Source: Candidatus Poribacteria bacterium
GTDB lineage: Bacteria > Poribacteria > WGA-4E > UBA9662
Length of the DNA: 54,052 nucleotides
Reading direction: 5' to 3'
Assembly (NCBI GenBank): GCA_046582655.1
Contig: JAYGDX010000029.1
Span: 1-54,052 of the forward strand
Under the pieces are notes generated by a model. That model worked only from the letters and a program-made list of their open reading frames with translations, was not told the DNA's origin and searched no databases. This document shows positions 1 through 7,411 of this stretch, piece after piece. Both the position numbers and the translations under genes were made by a program. Every line of letters begins with the position of its first letter. Position 1 is the first letter of the stretch.

Positions 1-1
1 C

Positions 2-169
2 TATTTGGTGGGTGTCCACTTACGAGATTCAACTAAAGGTGCTGTAAAACAACTTGTAAATCTACACCTTGAGGATAGAAATACTTACCTCTATGAGTTT
101 TTCGTAGATGAAGATACTATTGAAGTGAGTGTGATTCCGAGTACAGAGTATTATTACACTATTTTCTGA
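2..169 (+). CDS. 3' end of a hypothetical protein (partial, runs off the window start)
   Basis: Open frame YLVGVHLRDSTKGAVKQLVNLHLEDRN...EYYYTIF ending in TGA at 167-169. Confidence 0.45.
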   Translation, partial: YLVGVHLRDSTKGAVKQLVNLHLEDRNTYLYEFFVDEDTIEVSVIPSTEYYYTIF

Positions 170-264
170 AATGTCGATCGATTCTGTTGATATCAATCCC
201 ACACAATCTAATTCAATATCTGAAGAAGGATGTAATAGTCAAAATTTGAAAAGGAGAATATAAA

Positions 265-447
265 ATGGAATTGGGGTTTTATGAACTATTGGTGATTATC
301 ATTGGAACAATATTAGTAATAGGTCTTTTCCGTATAACCAAAAATTTGTATTGGAAAATCGACAGGATGGTTGAATTATTAGAGAGTATTGATAGCAAGA
401 TGGGTATAGAAACAGACCGACCAGAAGAAGAGATTATGACCGTATAA
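265..447 (+). CDS. small single-TM hypothetical protein
   Basis: Strong SD AAGGAG upstream; N-terminal hydrophobic helix followed by IDRMVELLESID amphipathic segment. Confidence 0.75.
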   Translation: MELGFYELLVIIIGTILVIGLFRITKNLYWKIDRMVELLESIDSKMGIETDRPEEEIMTV

Positions 448-553
448 CCCCATAGAGTGACATCTATAAGTGTCAATATCTGAAATAGATGTGTGTTTGT
501 GGTTGTTTCTATTGATATCAAACAGAATCAGAAATTATTAGTCGAACTTGGAT

Positions 554-589
554 TCAGAGATTACTAGGTTTGAATATAGAAAGTGTCTA
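554..589 (+). repeat. repeat A copy 1 (36 bp, ends just upstream of an ATG)
   Basis: tcagagattactaggtttgaatatagaaagtgtcta; 34/36 identical to 1195-1230. Confidence 0.9.
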
Positions 590-590
590 A

Positions 591-800
591 ATGTCTCAAA
601 AGATACTGATAATTATATCGTTCATATGTCCTGTAATTGCTGTCTTGATTTTTGTTAGTGATCATTTTGAATGGGTTGATTATCACAATTTCGATCGTCT
701 ACTTTGTATCTTTTTTTTCGGACTTGCTTTTTTTATAGGAAAAAAGTGGATGAAGTCAATAATGGAAAAGAAAAAAGATGATGATGTAGAGAGTACCTGA
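591..800 (+). CDS. small two-TM hypothetical protein
   Basis: 69 aa, two hydrophobic segments, charged tail; starts right after repeat A. Confidence 0.65.
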   Translation: MSQKILIIISFICPVIAVLIFVSDHFEWVDYHNFDRLLCIFFFGLAFFIGKKWMKSIMEKKKDDDVEST

Positions 801-819
801 TATGAACGAAGATTTACTT
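788..819 (+). repeat. repeat B copy 1 (32 bp spanning a stop-start junction)
   Basis: agagagtacctgatatgaacgaagatttactt; 31/32 identical to 2448-2479. Confidence 0.9.
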
Positions 820-975
820 TGGTGTTTGAGGTTTTTACTTGGATGTTTGAAGTTTGTAGTTGGTGGGGTCTTTGGGTATTTTGTGGGTTATTGGGTAGGG
901 TTCAAACTTGGAGAATCAACATATAGTGATGGATGTGGTCGGGTATTTGGGGTTATAGTTGGTGGGTTCTCATAG
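802..975 (+). CDS. small Gly-rich membrane protein (57 aa, not in ORF track)
   Basis: MNEDLLWCLRFLLGCLKFVVGGVFGYFVGYWVGFKLG...VIVGGFS*; GxxxG motifs; same MNEDLL start as 2462 ORF. Confidence 0.55.
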   Translation: MNEDLLWCLRFLLGCLKFVVGGVFGYFVGYWVGFKLGESTYSDGCGRVFGVIVGGFS

Positions 976-1033
976 GGTTTGCAGTTGGTGGATTTGTATC
1001 AATCTATATGAAACAAAAGGTGGTTCAAGTAAA

Positions 1034-1157
1034 TAGACCTCTTGCATAAGTCAAAGAAATAGAGGTTCGGAGATCCTTGAACCCACGTATTCAATGAATT
1101 TAGATACCTCTCAGCTATAGAATTCTGATGAGTTTTACTATTTATGCAAGAGGTCTA
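1034..1157. mobile_element. MITE (non-autonomous IS derivative), about 124 bp
   Basis: Perfect 16-bp terminal inverted repeats tagacctcttgcataa (1034-1049) / ttatgcaagaggtcta (1142-1157); no ORF inside. Confidence 0.8.
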
Positions 1158-1194
1158 ATATCAGAACTCGAGATTCTAAGTGCCGGGTTTGTGG

Positions 1195-1230
1195 TCAGAG
1201 ATTACTAGGTTTGAATACAGAGAGTGTCTA
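1195..1230 (+). repeat. repeat A copy 2
   Basis: tcagagattactaggtttgaatacagagagtgtcta directly followed by ATG 1231. Confidence 0.9.
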
Positions 1231-1386
1231 ATGTTAGTCAAATGTCGTAATTGTAGTAATTCGGTCAGTACAGAAACAGAGAACTGTCCTAATTGTCGTA
1301 ATGTTTATCCCTCTTTGTCAGAAAAAGAAATATGGAGTAAAAAAGAGATTGTTGAAAACTTTTATGAGTTTTTTAATTGTTCTTGA
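1231..1386 (+). CDS. zinc-ribbon protein, probably C-terminally truncated
   Basis: MLVKCRNC-x10-CPNC; start moved to ATG 1231 because of repeat A; overlaps the convergent gene by 25 bp. Confidence 0.6.
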   Translation: MLVKCRNCSNSVSTETENCPNCRNVYPSLSEKEIWSKKEIVENFYEFFNCS

Positions 1387-1670
1387 ATCTTATTTCCTTC
1401 CATATGAACTGCAAACTCTTTAGAAGTGAAATTATGATAGTCTGGATTCTCAATAATTGATTGAAAAAGCTCTCCAACCTTGTAGGCTTCCATTGCTTCT
1501 TTAGTTTCCCACATATAACAGCCACCATATGTTTTTGTTTCGTGATTGAACAATATGTTTTTAACTATAAGTCCTTCTACCTTAGCAAAGATTGGTGCTC
1601 CTTCGATAACAACTTGATCAAACTCCTCCTCAGAAATTGCCATATTAAAGTTGACAATTTGTATATACAT
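1362..1670 (-). CDS. YdhR-family putative monooxygenase (dimeric alpha+beta barrel)
   Basis: A..F..V.GL..K....N.ET.TYGG.Y.WET.EA..AY pattern; SD GGAGG upstream. Confidence 0.8.
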   Translation of the reverse strand: MYIQIVNFNMAISEEEFDQVVIEGAPIFAKVEGLIVKNILFNHETKTYGGCYMWETKEAMEAYKVGELFQSIIENPDYHNFTSKEFAVHMEGNKIQEQLKNS

Positions 1671-1719
1671 ACTCCCTCCTTAATTTATGTTTTAAGCTTA
1701 TCAAGAATTTGTTACTGAG

Positions 1720-2016
1720 ATGCTACACCAAACCATTGTAATAGTTTCTCACCCCTTTGTGCAGAGATATTATTCTCATTGTATTTCCTGTAATGAGAGA
1801 CTTCTGATAAACAATTATGTGAGTGACACTCCGAAAAATAAACATCATGGCACATGTCCTAAATGTGGACAACCAGAACCCGTTCATGAACGATTTGTTC
1901 CTTTCCCACCAATAAAAACGTACAATTCATGTCTAGTTGCCATTGGAATAACAATAATAGTATTCTTAATTTTCACTATAGTATTCTTAAGTTGGGATAG
2001 TTATATGTATAATTGA
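1720..2016 (+). CDS. zinc-ribbon plus C-terminal TM protein
   Basis: CISC...CPKCG then hydrophobic helix; true start uncertain. Confidence 0.55.
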   Translation: MLHQTIVIVSHPFVQRYYSHCISCNERLLINNYVSDTPKNKHHGTCPKCGQPEPVHERFVPFPPIKTYNSCLVAIGITIIVFLIFTIVFLSWDSYMYN

Positions 2017-2082
2017 AGATTAGTCCATAAAACTGATTTACAGAATCAACAAAGATTCACGAAACGAAAGGAAGAGACTACT

Positions 2083-2460
2083 ATGAAAGGAGCTAAATGT
2101 CCTTATTGTGAAAGTAAGATCCCCATGTTTCATGTATTTTTCAAGGGAAAAAAACTATCAAAGAAAAAAGAGGCCAGAAATCGGAGATTCAGGTCGCTAG
2201 GGTACAAGATCAGTTGTTTACAATGCGAACGAGAGTTTGAAATAAAAGCATTCTTGGGTTTAATCTTTCTATATTTTCTTAGTTCTATGCTTAGTTCTTT
2301 TATTCTTAACTTTTTTGTTGATCGATTTCTTCCTATTGATGGATACAATAAAAAGTGGTTTTTACGACAACCATTGGCCCTTATTCTCTTTATACCTATG
2401 TTTAAACTTTTAAATGGAAGATTCATTACAACATGGCCAATAAGGGAAGAGAGTTCCTGA
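2083..2460 (+). CDS. CxxC...CxxC zinc-finger membrane protein
   Basis: KCPYC...SCLQC followed by two TM helices; SD-like AAGGAAG. Confidence 0.7.
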   Translation: MKGAKCPYCESKIPMFHVFFKGKKLSKKKEARNRRFRSLGYKISCLQCEREFEIKAFLGLIFLYFLSSMLSSFILNFFVDRFLPIDGYNKKWFLRQPLALILFIPMFKLLNGRFITTWPIREESS

Positions 2461-2479
2461 TATGAACGAAGATTTACTT
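2448..2479 (+). repeat. repeat B copy 2
   Basis: agagagttcctgatatgaacgaagatttactt. Confidence 0.9.
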
Positions 2480-2674
2480 GGTCAGTGTCGGACCTGTGGT
2501 CGTCAGGTCAGTCGAAAGACCCTCGAATGTCCTCAATGTGGAGAACCAAGACCCACTATGACAGAAGAAGGGAACGAGAAGAAAAAGAGGTACGAATATA
2601 GGCCTATATTCAATATCATAATCACAATCGGATTATTAGTAATTGGTTTTCTTGGGTTGATCTGTTCAGTGTAA
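2462..2674 (+). CDS. zinc-ribbon plus C-terminal TM protein
   Basis: CRTCGRQVSRKTLECPQCGEP (CxxCG-x-VS-x4-CPxCG) and a terminal hydrophobic helix. Confidence 0.75.
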   Translation: MNEDLLGQCRTCGRQVSRKTLECPQCGEPRPTMTEEGNEKKKRYEYRPIFNIIITIGLLVIGFLGLICSV

Positions 2675-2849
2675 ATTCATTCGATAGGTTACAACCTAAA
2701 CTCTATTAGACACCTCACCAATACCTATAAAATTATGATTTCGGTGAAAATCTGAAAAACTTGGTTTGTATAAATATATATGGAGATATTAGAACAAACC
2801 CAATATTTGGGTGTTTCATATATAAACAAATACAAGAGAAGTATTTTAG

Positions 2850-3053
2850 ATGACACAACAATGGGAAACCGAAATGAACAAAAAATTGCATCAAGCTAGA
2901 ATTGATGGAAACCTCAAGGAATCCATACGAGTACTGTCGATCCTCGATAGGATCTCGATCAGTGATGTCACTGAACAAGCACTACGAAATCATATAGATT
3001 CCAATCAAACCCGATTGAGTCAATATTACCTCGATAAATCGAAGGGAATTTGA
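2850..3053 (+). CDS. putative ribbon-helix-helix DNA-binding protein
   Basis: KLHQARIDGNLKESIRVLSILDRISISDVTEQALRNHI fits strand-helix-helix spacing. Confidence 0.55.
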   Translation: MTQQWETEMNKKLHQARIDGNLKESIRVLSILDRISISDVTEQALRNHIDSNQTRLSQYYLDKSKGI

Positions 3054-3074
3054 TGTGACAAGAGACTGAAATCC

Positions 3075-3338
3075 ATGACTGATGGGTATTATCTTTCCGC
3101 ATCATCTCCCTTGTTTACTCTAGGAAAACCCAAAAGAAAACCAAGAAAACCTCAGGAGAAATCCAAGGGAATCAGCTCGATTTTAAAATCGCTTCAGTAT
3201 GTTGATTACCACAATTTCAAGATTAAGTTCGAAATCGACTTGAATAAAAGAGATAAGAGACTATCAAATCTTCCACCATTTTTACCTATCATCATCATTA
3301 CTTGCCTTTTATCAGTTTTAGATTTTGTTTTGAGTTGA
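3075..3338 (+). CDS. hypothetical basic protein with C-terminal TM
   Basis: 87-aa ORF, Lys/Pro-rich stretch, hydrophobic tail. Confidence 0.4.
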   Translation: MTDGYYLSASSPLFTLGKPKRKPRKPQEKSKGISSILKSLQYVDYHNFKIKFEIDLNKRDKRLSNLPPFLPIIIITCLLSVLDFVLS

Positions 3339-3525
3339 AACATCATTTCATTCTAATCGTCCTTGTTTTTGTTTAAGTCTGAATAGGTCAATGTCCAAAA
3401 GAATATATATGGTAGGATAATTAGCAAATGAAAATCCATATGTCTCGGTTGGGGCATATTTGGCTTGATTTAAAATCGATGAATTTGCTACCATTTGATC
3501 GTATTGTGTTCTGACAGAGGGTGAG

Positions 3526-4404
3526 ATGAAAGTTACAATTAGCGACGAAGAATTAGTCGATCATAAAGTATCAGAAGCTCACTTGCAGCGAGCAGCAGAT
3601 TCGATCCACAATGATGGTTATGTTGTGCTTGAAAATGTTGTCCCTCACCATAAACTGGATATATTGCGTCAAAAGATGCTGGAAGATCTCCAGACACTGG
3701 TGTCAGCTAAAGAAAAAGTTATGCCAATTAACTTTGTTAAAGGGCATATTCAACAAGATGCACCACCTTATGCACCCTATATTTTTCGAGAACTGGTGGC
3801 TAACCCTTTTGTAACACAGGTAACTCACAAAGTGTTAGGGGACGGTGTCTATAATAGTTATTTCAGTGGAAATACCAACCTACCAGGAAGTGGCACTCAG
3901 CCAGTCCATGTCGACACTGGACAGCTATGGCAGAATCTTCGGGTTGCACATCCCGTATTTTCTTTGGTTGTAAACGTTGCCCCGCTTGAGGTCAACGAAG
4001 AAAACGGTAGCGTTGAATTATGGCCCGGTTCTCACTCTGACATTAGTGTGTCTCGATATGACGATATCAAGGTGGACCTAAAACGCGTAAAGGCTCGTCG
4101 AGATTTTGCGCCGCCCGTGCGAGGCAACACCAAGAAAGGTGCTGTGTTGATTCGCGACAAGCGGCTCTGGCATCGTGGAATGCCGAATTACTCAAATACC
4201 CCTCGGCAGATGGTAGCCATGGTTCATTATGTCAGTTGGTATCGAACTAGTACGAAATTACAGTTTGAGAAAGGTTGCGAATCTGCTTTTGAAAACGAGT
4301 ATCTTGATTCAAATGCGGAGTTCATTGATGAACCAATCGACTACATCTTTCGGAATCATCCCTACGACTACAACGAGGAGAGCAACCAAGTCTATGACGA
4401 ATAA
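3526..4404 (+). CDS. phytanoyl-CoA dioxygenase (PhyH) family Fe(II)/2OG oxygenase
   Basis: DGYVVLENV, QPVHVD, ENGSVELWPGSH, LWHRGMPN.S..PR motifs. Confidence 0.9.
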   Translation: MKVTISDEELVDHKVSEAHLQRAADSIHNDGYVVLENVVPHHKLDILRQKMLEDLQTLVSAKEKVMPINFVKGHIQQDAPPYAPYIFRELVANPFVTQVTHKVLGDGVYNSYFSGNTNLPGSGTQPVHVDTGQLWQNLRVAHPVFSLVVNVAPLEVNEENGSVELWPGSHSDISVSRYDDIKVDLKRVKARRDFAPPVRGNTKKGAVLIRDKRLWHRGMPNYSNTPRQMVAMVHYVSWYRTSTKLQFEKGCESAFENEYLDSNAEFIDEPIDYIFRNHPYDYNEESNQVYDE

Positions 4405-4609
4405 ACTTAAAGTTGGCATCGTTGGTGCGTCGTGTAGACAATCATTTGTTCGTTCATTTCAGGCAATTGAAGAAACTGATGTTACAGCCATTTGCGATCT
4501 GAATATCAATACTGCAGAGAGAGTTGCAAATCAATTTAACATCGACCAGAAATTCCGACAAAGGATATCCAACTTGGCTGTCCTTCGGATTCCAATATTC
4601 CCCTCCTGA
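4394..4609 (+). pseudogene. truncated Gfo/Idh/MocA oxidoreductase (N-terminal about 54 codons)
   Basis: MTNKLKVGIVGA...VTAICDLN...AERVANQFNI Rossmann start; family similarity lost near 4556. Confidence 0.8.
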
Positions 4610-4622
4610 TCTCAGGTCAATT
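4598..4622 (+). repeat. direct repeat C copy 1
   Basis: ttcccctcctgatctcaggtcaatt; 22/25 identical to 5302-5326. Confidence 0.7.
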
Positions 4623-4732
4623 TAACATGACTCCTTCCAGTATCTTAATCCCCTATAGATAATGATTTGATGTAATAGGACTCCTCAGAATCACCGTTTC
4701 CTATTGGTATCAACTAATAGGAGGAGTTCAAT

Positions 4733-5056
4733 ATGCTTTACTTAGTAACAACTGACCATTTTTTACAGGGATCTCCACGGGAACCTGAACAAAGTAAACT
4801 AATGTTTGAACAAGTAATGACTTCCATAGAAATCCTAGGTAAACTGGAAGAGGAAGGGAAAATATTAGCTGGTGGTGTTCCATTAGCCCAAAGAAGACAC
4901 GTCTTCATCATCAAGGCAGAATCTAATGATGAAGTGACTGAATTAATACAAGGTCTACCCTTTTGGATGGAACATCGCTGGGAAGTTGTTCCACTGGAAA
5001 CATGGGGACATCATTTGGATTACCTGACTAATTTAAAGGAACAACTTGGATTGTAA
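4733..5056 (+). CDS. muconolactone delta-isomerase-like / YCII-related protein
   Basis: L.EEGKILAGG......VFII.AES..E...L...LPFW....WEV.PL pattern; SD AGGAGG. Confidence 0.75.
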   Translation: MLYLVTTDHFLQGSPREPEQSKLMFEQVMTSIEILGKLEEEGKILAGGVPLAQRRHVFIIKAESNDEVTELIQGLPFWMEHRWEVVPLETWGHHLDYLTNLKEQLGL

Positions 5057-5083
5057 CAACAAGAAATAATTGTAATCTGAAAC

Positions 5084-5136
5084 AAAAAAGAGGACGTGAT
5101 CGGCTTGACCGAGAAGAACAACACGTCCTCTTTTTT
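5084..5136. terminator. bidirectional intrinsic terminator-like hairpin with branched loop
   Basis: aaaaaagaggacgtg (5084-5098) / cacgtcctctttttt (5122-5136). Confidence 0.75.
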
Positions 5137-5301
5137 TGTGATTTCACTATTGATTTAATTAGACCAAACTGTACCTACATCCTCTTCAGTACAATATCTT
5201 CAACCTCATCGTAAGTTCAATCTTTCCAGTCTTTACGTCTATGCAACTTTGTTCTTGTGTAACGAATACAGCCGAATTCTCCATTCCCAGATGAGACAAA
5301 T

Positions 5302-5326
5302 TTCCTTTCCTGATCTCAAGTCAATT
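5302..5326 (+). repeat. direct repeat C copy 2
   Basis: ttcctttcctgatctcaagtcaatt. Confidence 0.7.
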
Positions 5327-5341
5327 ATCCCATCTGCATTA

Positions 5342-5412
5342 GCCTCACTTCGTTCGGCCGTCGTCATTATCGAATCCAGCCTACGGTGGATTCGATAATT
5401 CCTTGGCTGGGC
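5342..5412 (-). other. GC-rich hairpin cluster with GNA triloops on the minus strand
   Basis: Perfect 13-bp stem 5366-5378/5387-5399 with ccGTAgg apex (minus strand); adjacent gccGAacGAAgtGAggc hairpin. Confidence 0.7.
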
Positions 5413-5608
5413 CTCTTATAAATAATAGTGATGAATGATTTAATGTCTTTAACCACTTAATCAACTAATGGAAAAGGGAACTAAGGAGTTAAAGGTCATC
5501 CCCCAGGATACACAGTATTTTATAAGATGAGAACAACCTTACCAACAAATTTTCTTAATATTATCACCAAATTATCACTTTTGGCGATCAACCGAAAAAG
5601 GAGAACAC

Positions 5609-5803
5609 ATGAAACACGATACACGGGAAATGTTAATCCAATACAAATTGGACAGGAACAAGATCCTAAAGTTAAACTCGATATTGGGATTACTCGGGAT
5701 GACCAAAAGGGATCTAATCGAAAGATCCATAGACAATTTCATAGACGAATACACCAAGAATCCGACACCGAAAAGTCGTTGGATGAATCATATCGGAGTC
5801 TAG
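5609..5803 (+). CDS. putative ribbon-helix-helix (CopG/MetJ-like) protein
   Basis: SD AAGGAG; LIQYKLDR..ILKLNSIL...GMTKRDLIERSIDNFI. Confidence 0.65.
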   Translation: MKHDTREMLIQYKLDRNKILKLNSILGLLGMTKRDLIERSIDNFIDEYTKNPTPKSRWMNHIGV

Positions 5804-5832
5804 GTGTGAAATACGAAATTGGAGAACAGCTA

Positions 5833-6207
5833 ATGATTGAACTTCCAAGAAATGGAATGGAGGAAAACATACAGGGATTCAAGGACTATGTCGACGATGA
5901 CACGTTCACGTCGTGCATAGACGTATTTGATGATTTTGTCGGTATTCTGACTGAACTGACCGAAGCAAGCGGTACTATGTCCAATACCGTCGCAATGAGG
6001 GTGGTCGGCAATATCCGTAAAACTACGACTGATATTGCCAGGTCGAAAGACGTGGGTACGAAATGTAATTTATTAGGCGTACAGAATGTACTGATATCGT
6101 CACTGGTACTATTAGTGTTGGCAACGAGTGGTGATATGAAATCCAAAGGATTACTGAGTAAGGTATTCTCTGTGGCATCGATAGTGAAGTCGTTGAAACG
6201 GAGATAA
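5833..6207 (+). CDS. hypothetical alpha-helical protein
   Basis: C-terminal part of track ORF 5527-6207; GGAG at 5821 before in-frame ATG 5833. Confidence 0.6.
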   Translation: MIELPRNGMEENIQGFKDYVDDDTFTSCIDVFDDFVGILTELTEASGTMSNTVAMRVVGNIRKTTTDIARSKDVGTKCNLLGVQNVLISSLVLLVLATSGDMKSKGLLSKVFSVASIVKSLKRR

Positions 6208-6382
6208 ACAGAGTCATATAGACACAATTTCAAACATAATCGAATCCATATTAATTTCCCCTTTTCCATTAGTTGATTAAGTCGTCGATTTCATTATGGA
6301 ATGTCAGACGACATTCAAATACCCGCATTCATTGTGGGTCTTTTTTTGTGCAAAATTTGAATAGGGTTCAAGGGGAAATACA

Positions 6383-7411
6383 ATGAAGTACGAAAAGGAA
6401 TTATTGGAAGGGTTACATAAACATCTGTTGGACAGGGTAAGTGCAACGATTAGAATCAATCTAGACAGGGATAGAATACAGGTGAGAAGAAATATCAGGT
6501 TCTCCAAGGGATTTACGAAACAATTGAAAGGTGAGTTCGACGGCGATATCCATTGTCATGTCGTACCCATGACGTATCCAGATGGTGAAGGTTCAATACT
6601 TAAATTGACGTTTCTGGAAAAATCAATACACCAAGAATCCGGAGAATCACTCACGGAGTACAATGACAGGATCAAACAGCCTACATCCGTACAGGTAACG
6701 AGATATGCAGACGGTTCGATTGGATTCTCACTGTGCAGGATTCTGACCTTTATCATGAAGAAATCCAAAATGACAGGACATGAATATGATTACAGTAGGA
6801 TATTCGGTGATGAGAAATTGAAGTCCAAGAAATTTACTACGGAAGGTAATAGTATTGATGTATCCGACTTCAAGGAACACCGGGTAATTTACCTCGTAGT
6901 TGTGGACGATCCGGTCAAAACCCATACCGAGGATTCAGTCAGGGAAATACCAGTTGGTTTTGACAGGGATACGGAGTCTCAAAGGAACGATATGGACAGG
7001 AAACGGACTCCAACCGGAAAACCGGATACTAGTGATAATTCAGACAGGGAGATCGAGGAATCGGGTACGGGATCACTCGAACTTAATAAACCCAGTGAAC
7101 GGAAACGGAAACATGATATCTATGTAACAGTATGGAATGCAATGGTTAATCTGGACTATGTCATAGTATCGGATATGGACAATACGACATCAATAGATGA
7201 GATGAAACGGCAATTGTGGTTTTCCGAAAAACCACAGAAATACAATAGGTTCACAGGTCAAGTCCGAACAATAACAGAGGAAGCATTTGACAAGGATCTT
7301 AAATGGAATGAGATTTTTAAGAAACACGATAATGGGGAAATCATCGATAAGTTGCAAGAACACTTTCCATATGCGGATGTCATTATTGGTGACAGGTGGG
7401 TATTTAGGTGA
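6383..7411 (+). CDS. hypothetical protein, 342 aa, HxH motif (DIHCHVV)
   Basis: Long ORF with SD-like AGGGG; two globular-looking parts joined by a charged linker; no family recognised. Confidence 0.8.
   Translation: MKYEKELLEGLHKHLLDRVSATIRINLDRDRIQVRRNIRFSKGFTKQLKGEFDGDIHCHVVPMTYPDGEGSILKLTFLEKSIHQESGESLTEYNDRIKQPTSVQVTRYADGSIGFSLCRILTFIMKKSKMTGHEYDYSRIFGDEKLKSKKFTTEGNSIDVSDFKEHRVIYLVVVDDPVKTHTEDSVREIPVGFDRDTESQRNDMDRKRTPTGKPDTSDNSDREIEESGTGSLELNKPSERKRKHDIYVTVWNAMVNLDYVIVSDMDNTTSIDEMKRQLWFSEKPQKYNRFTGQVRTITEEAFDKDLKWNEIFKKHDNGEIIDKLQEHFPYADVIIGDRWVFR

Noticed and set aside
1124..1140. Hammerhead ribozyme core CTGATGAG inside the MITE
   Set aside because: No downstream stem II followed by GAAA.
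554..2479. CRISPR array from the 32-36 bp repeats
   Set aside because: Only two copies of each, 0.6-1.7 kb apart; no cas genes.
170..3400. Integron cassette array
   Set aside because: No intI gene, and no convincing RYYYAAC...GTTRRRY attC folds between the ORFs; the repeats are direct and overlap gene starts.
2769..5424. TATAAATA (T4 late-promoter-like) upstream of both RHH genes, at 2769 and 5417
   Set aside because: An all-AT 8-mer is expected by chance at about this frequency in AT-rich DNA.
5527..6207. Single 226-aa ORF as listed in the track
   Set aside because: Its 5' part overlaps the better supported RHH gene (5609, strong SD); a separate start at 5833 has its own SD.
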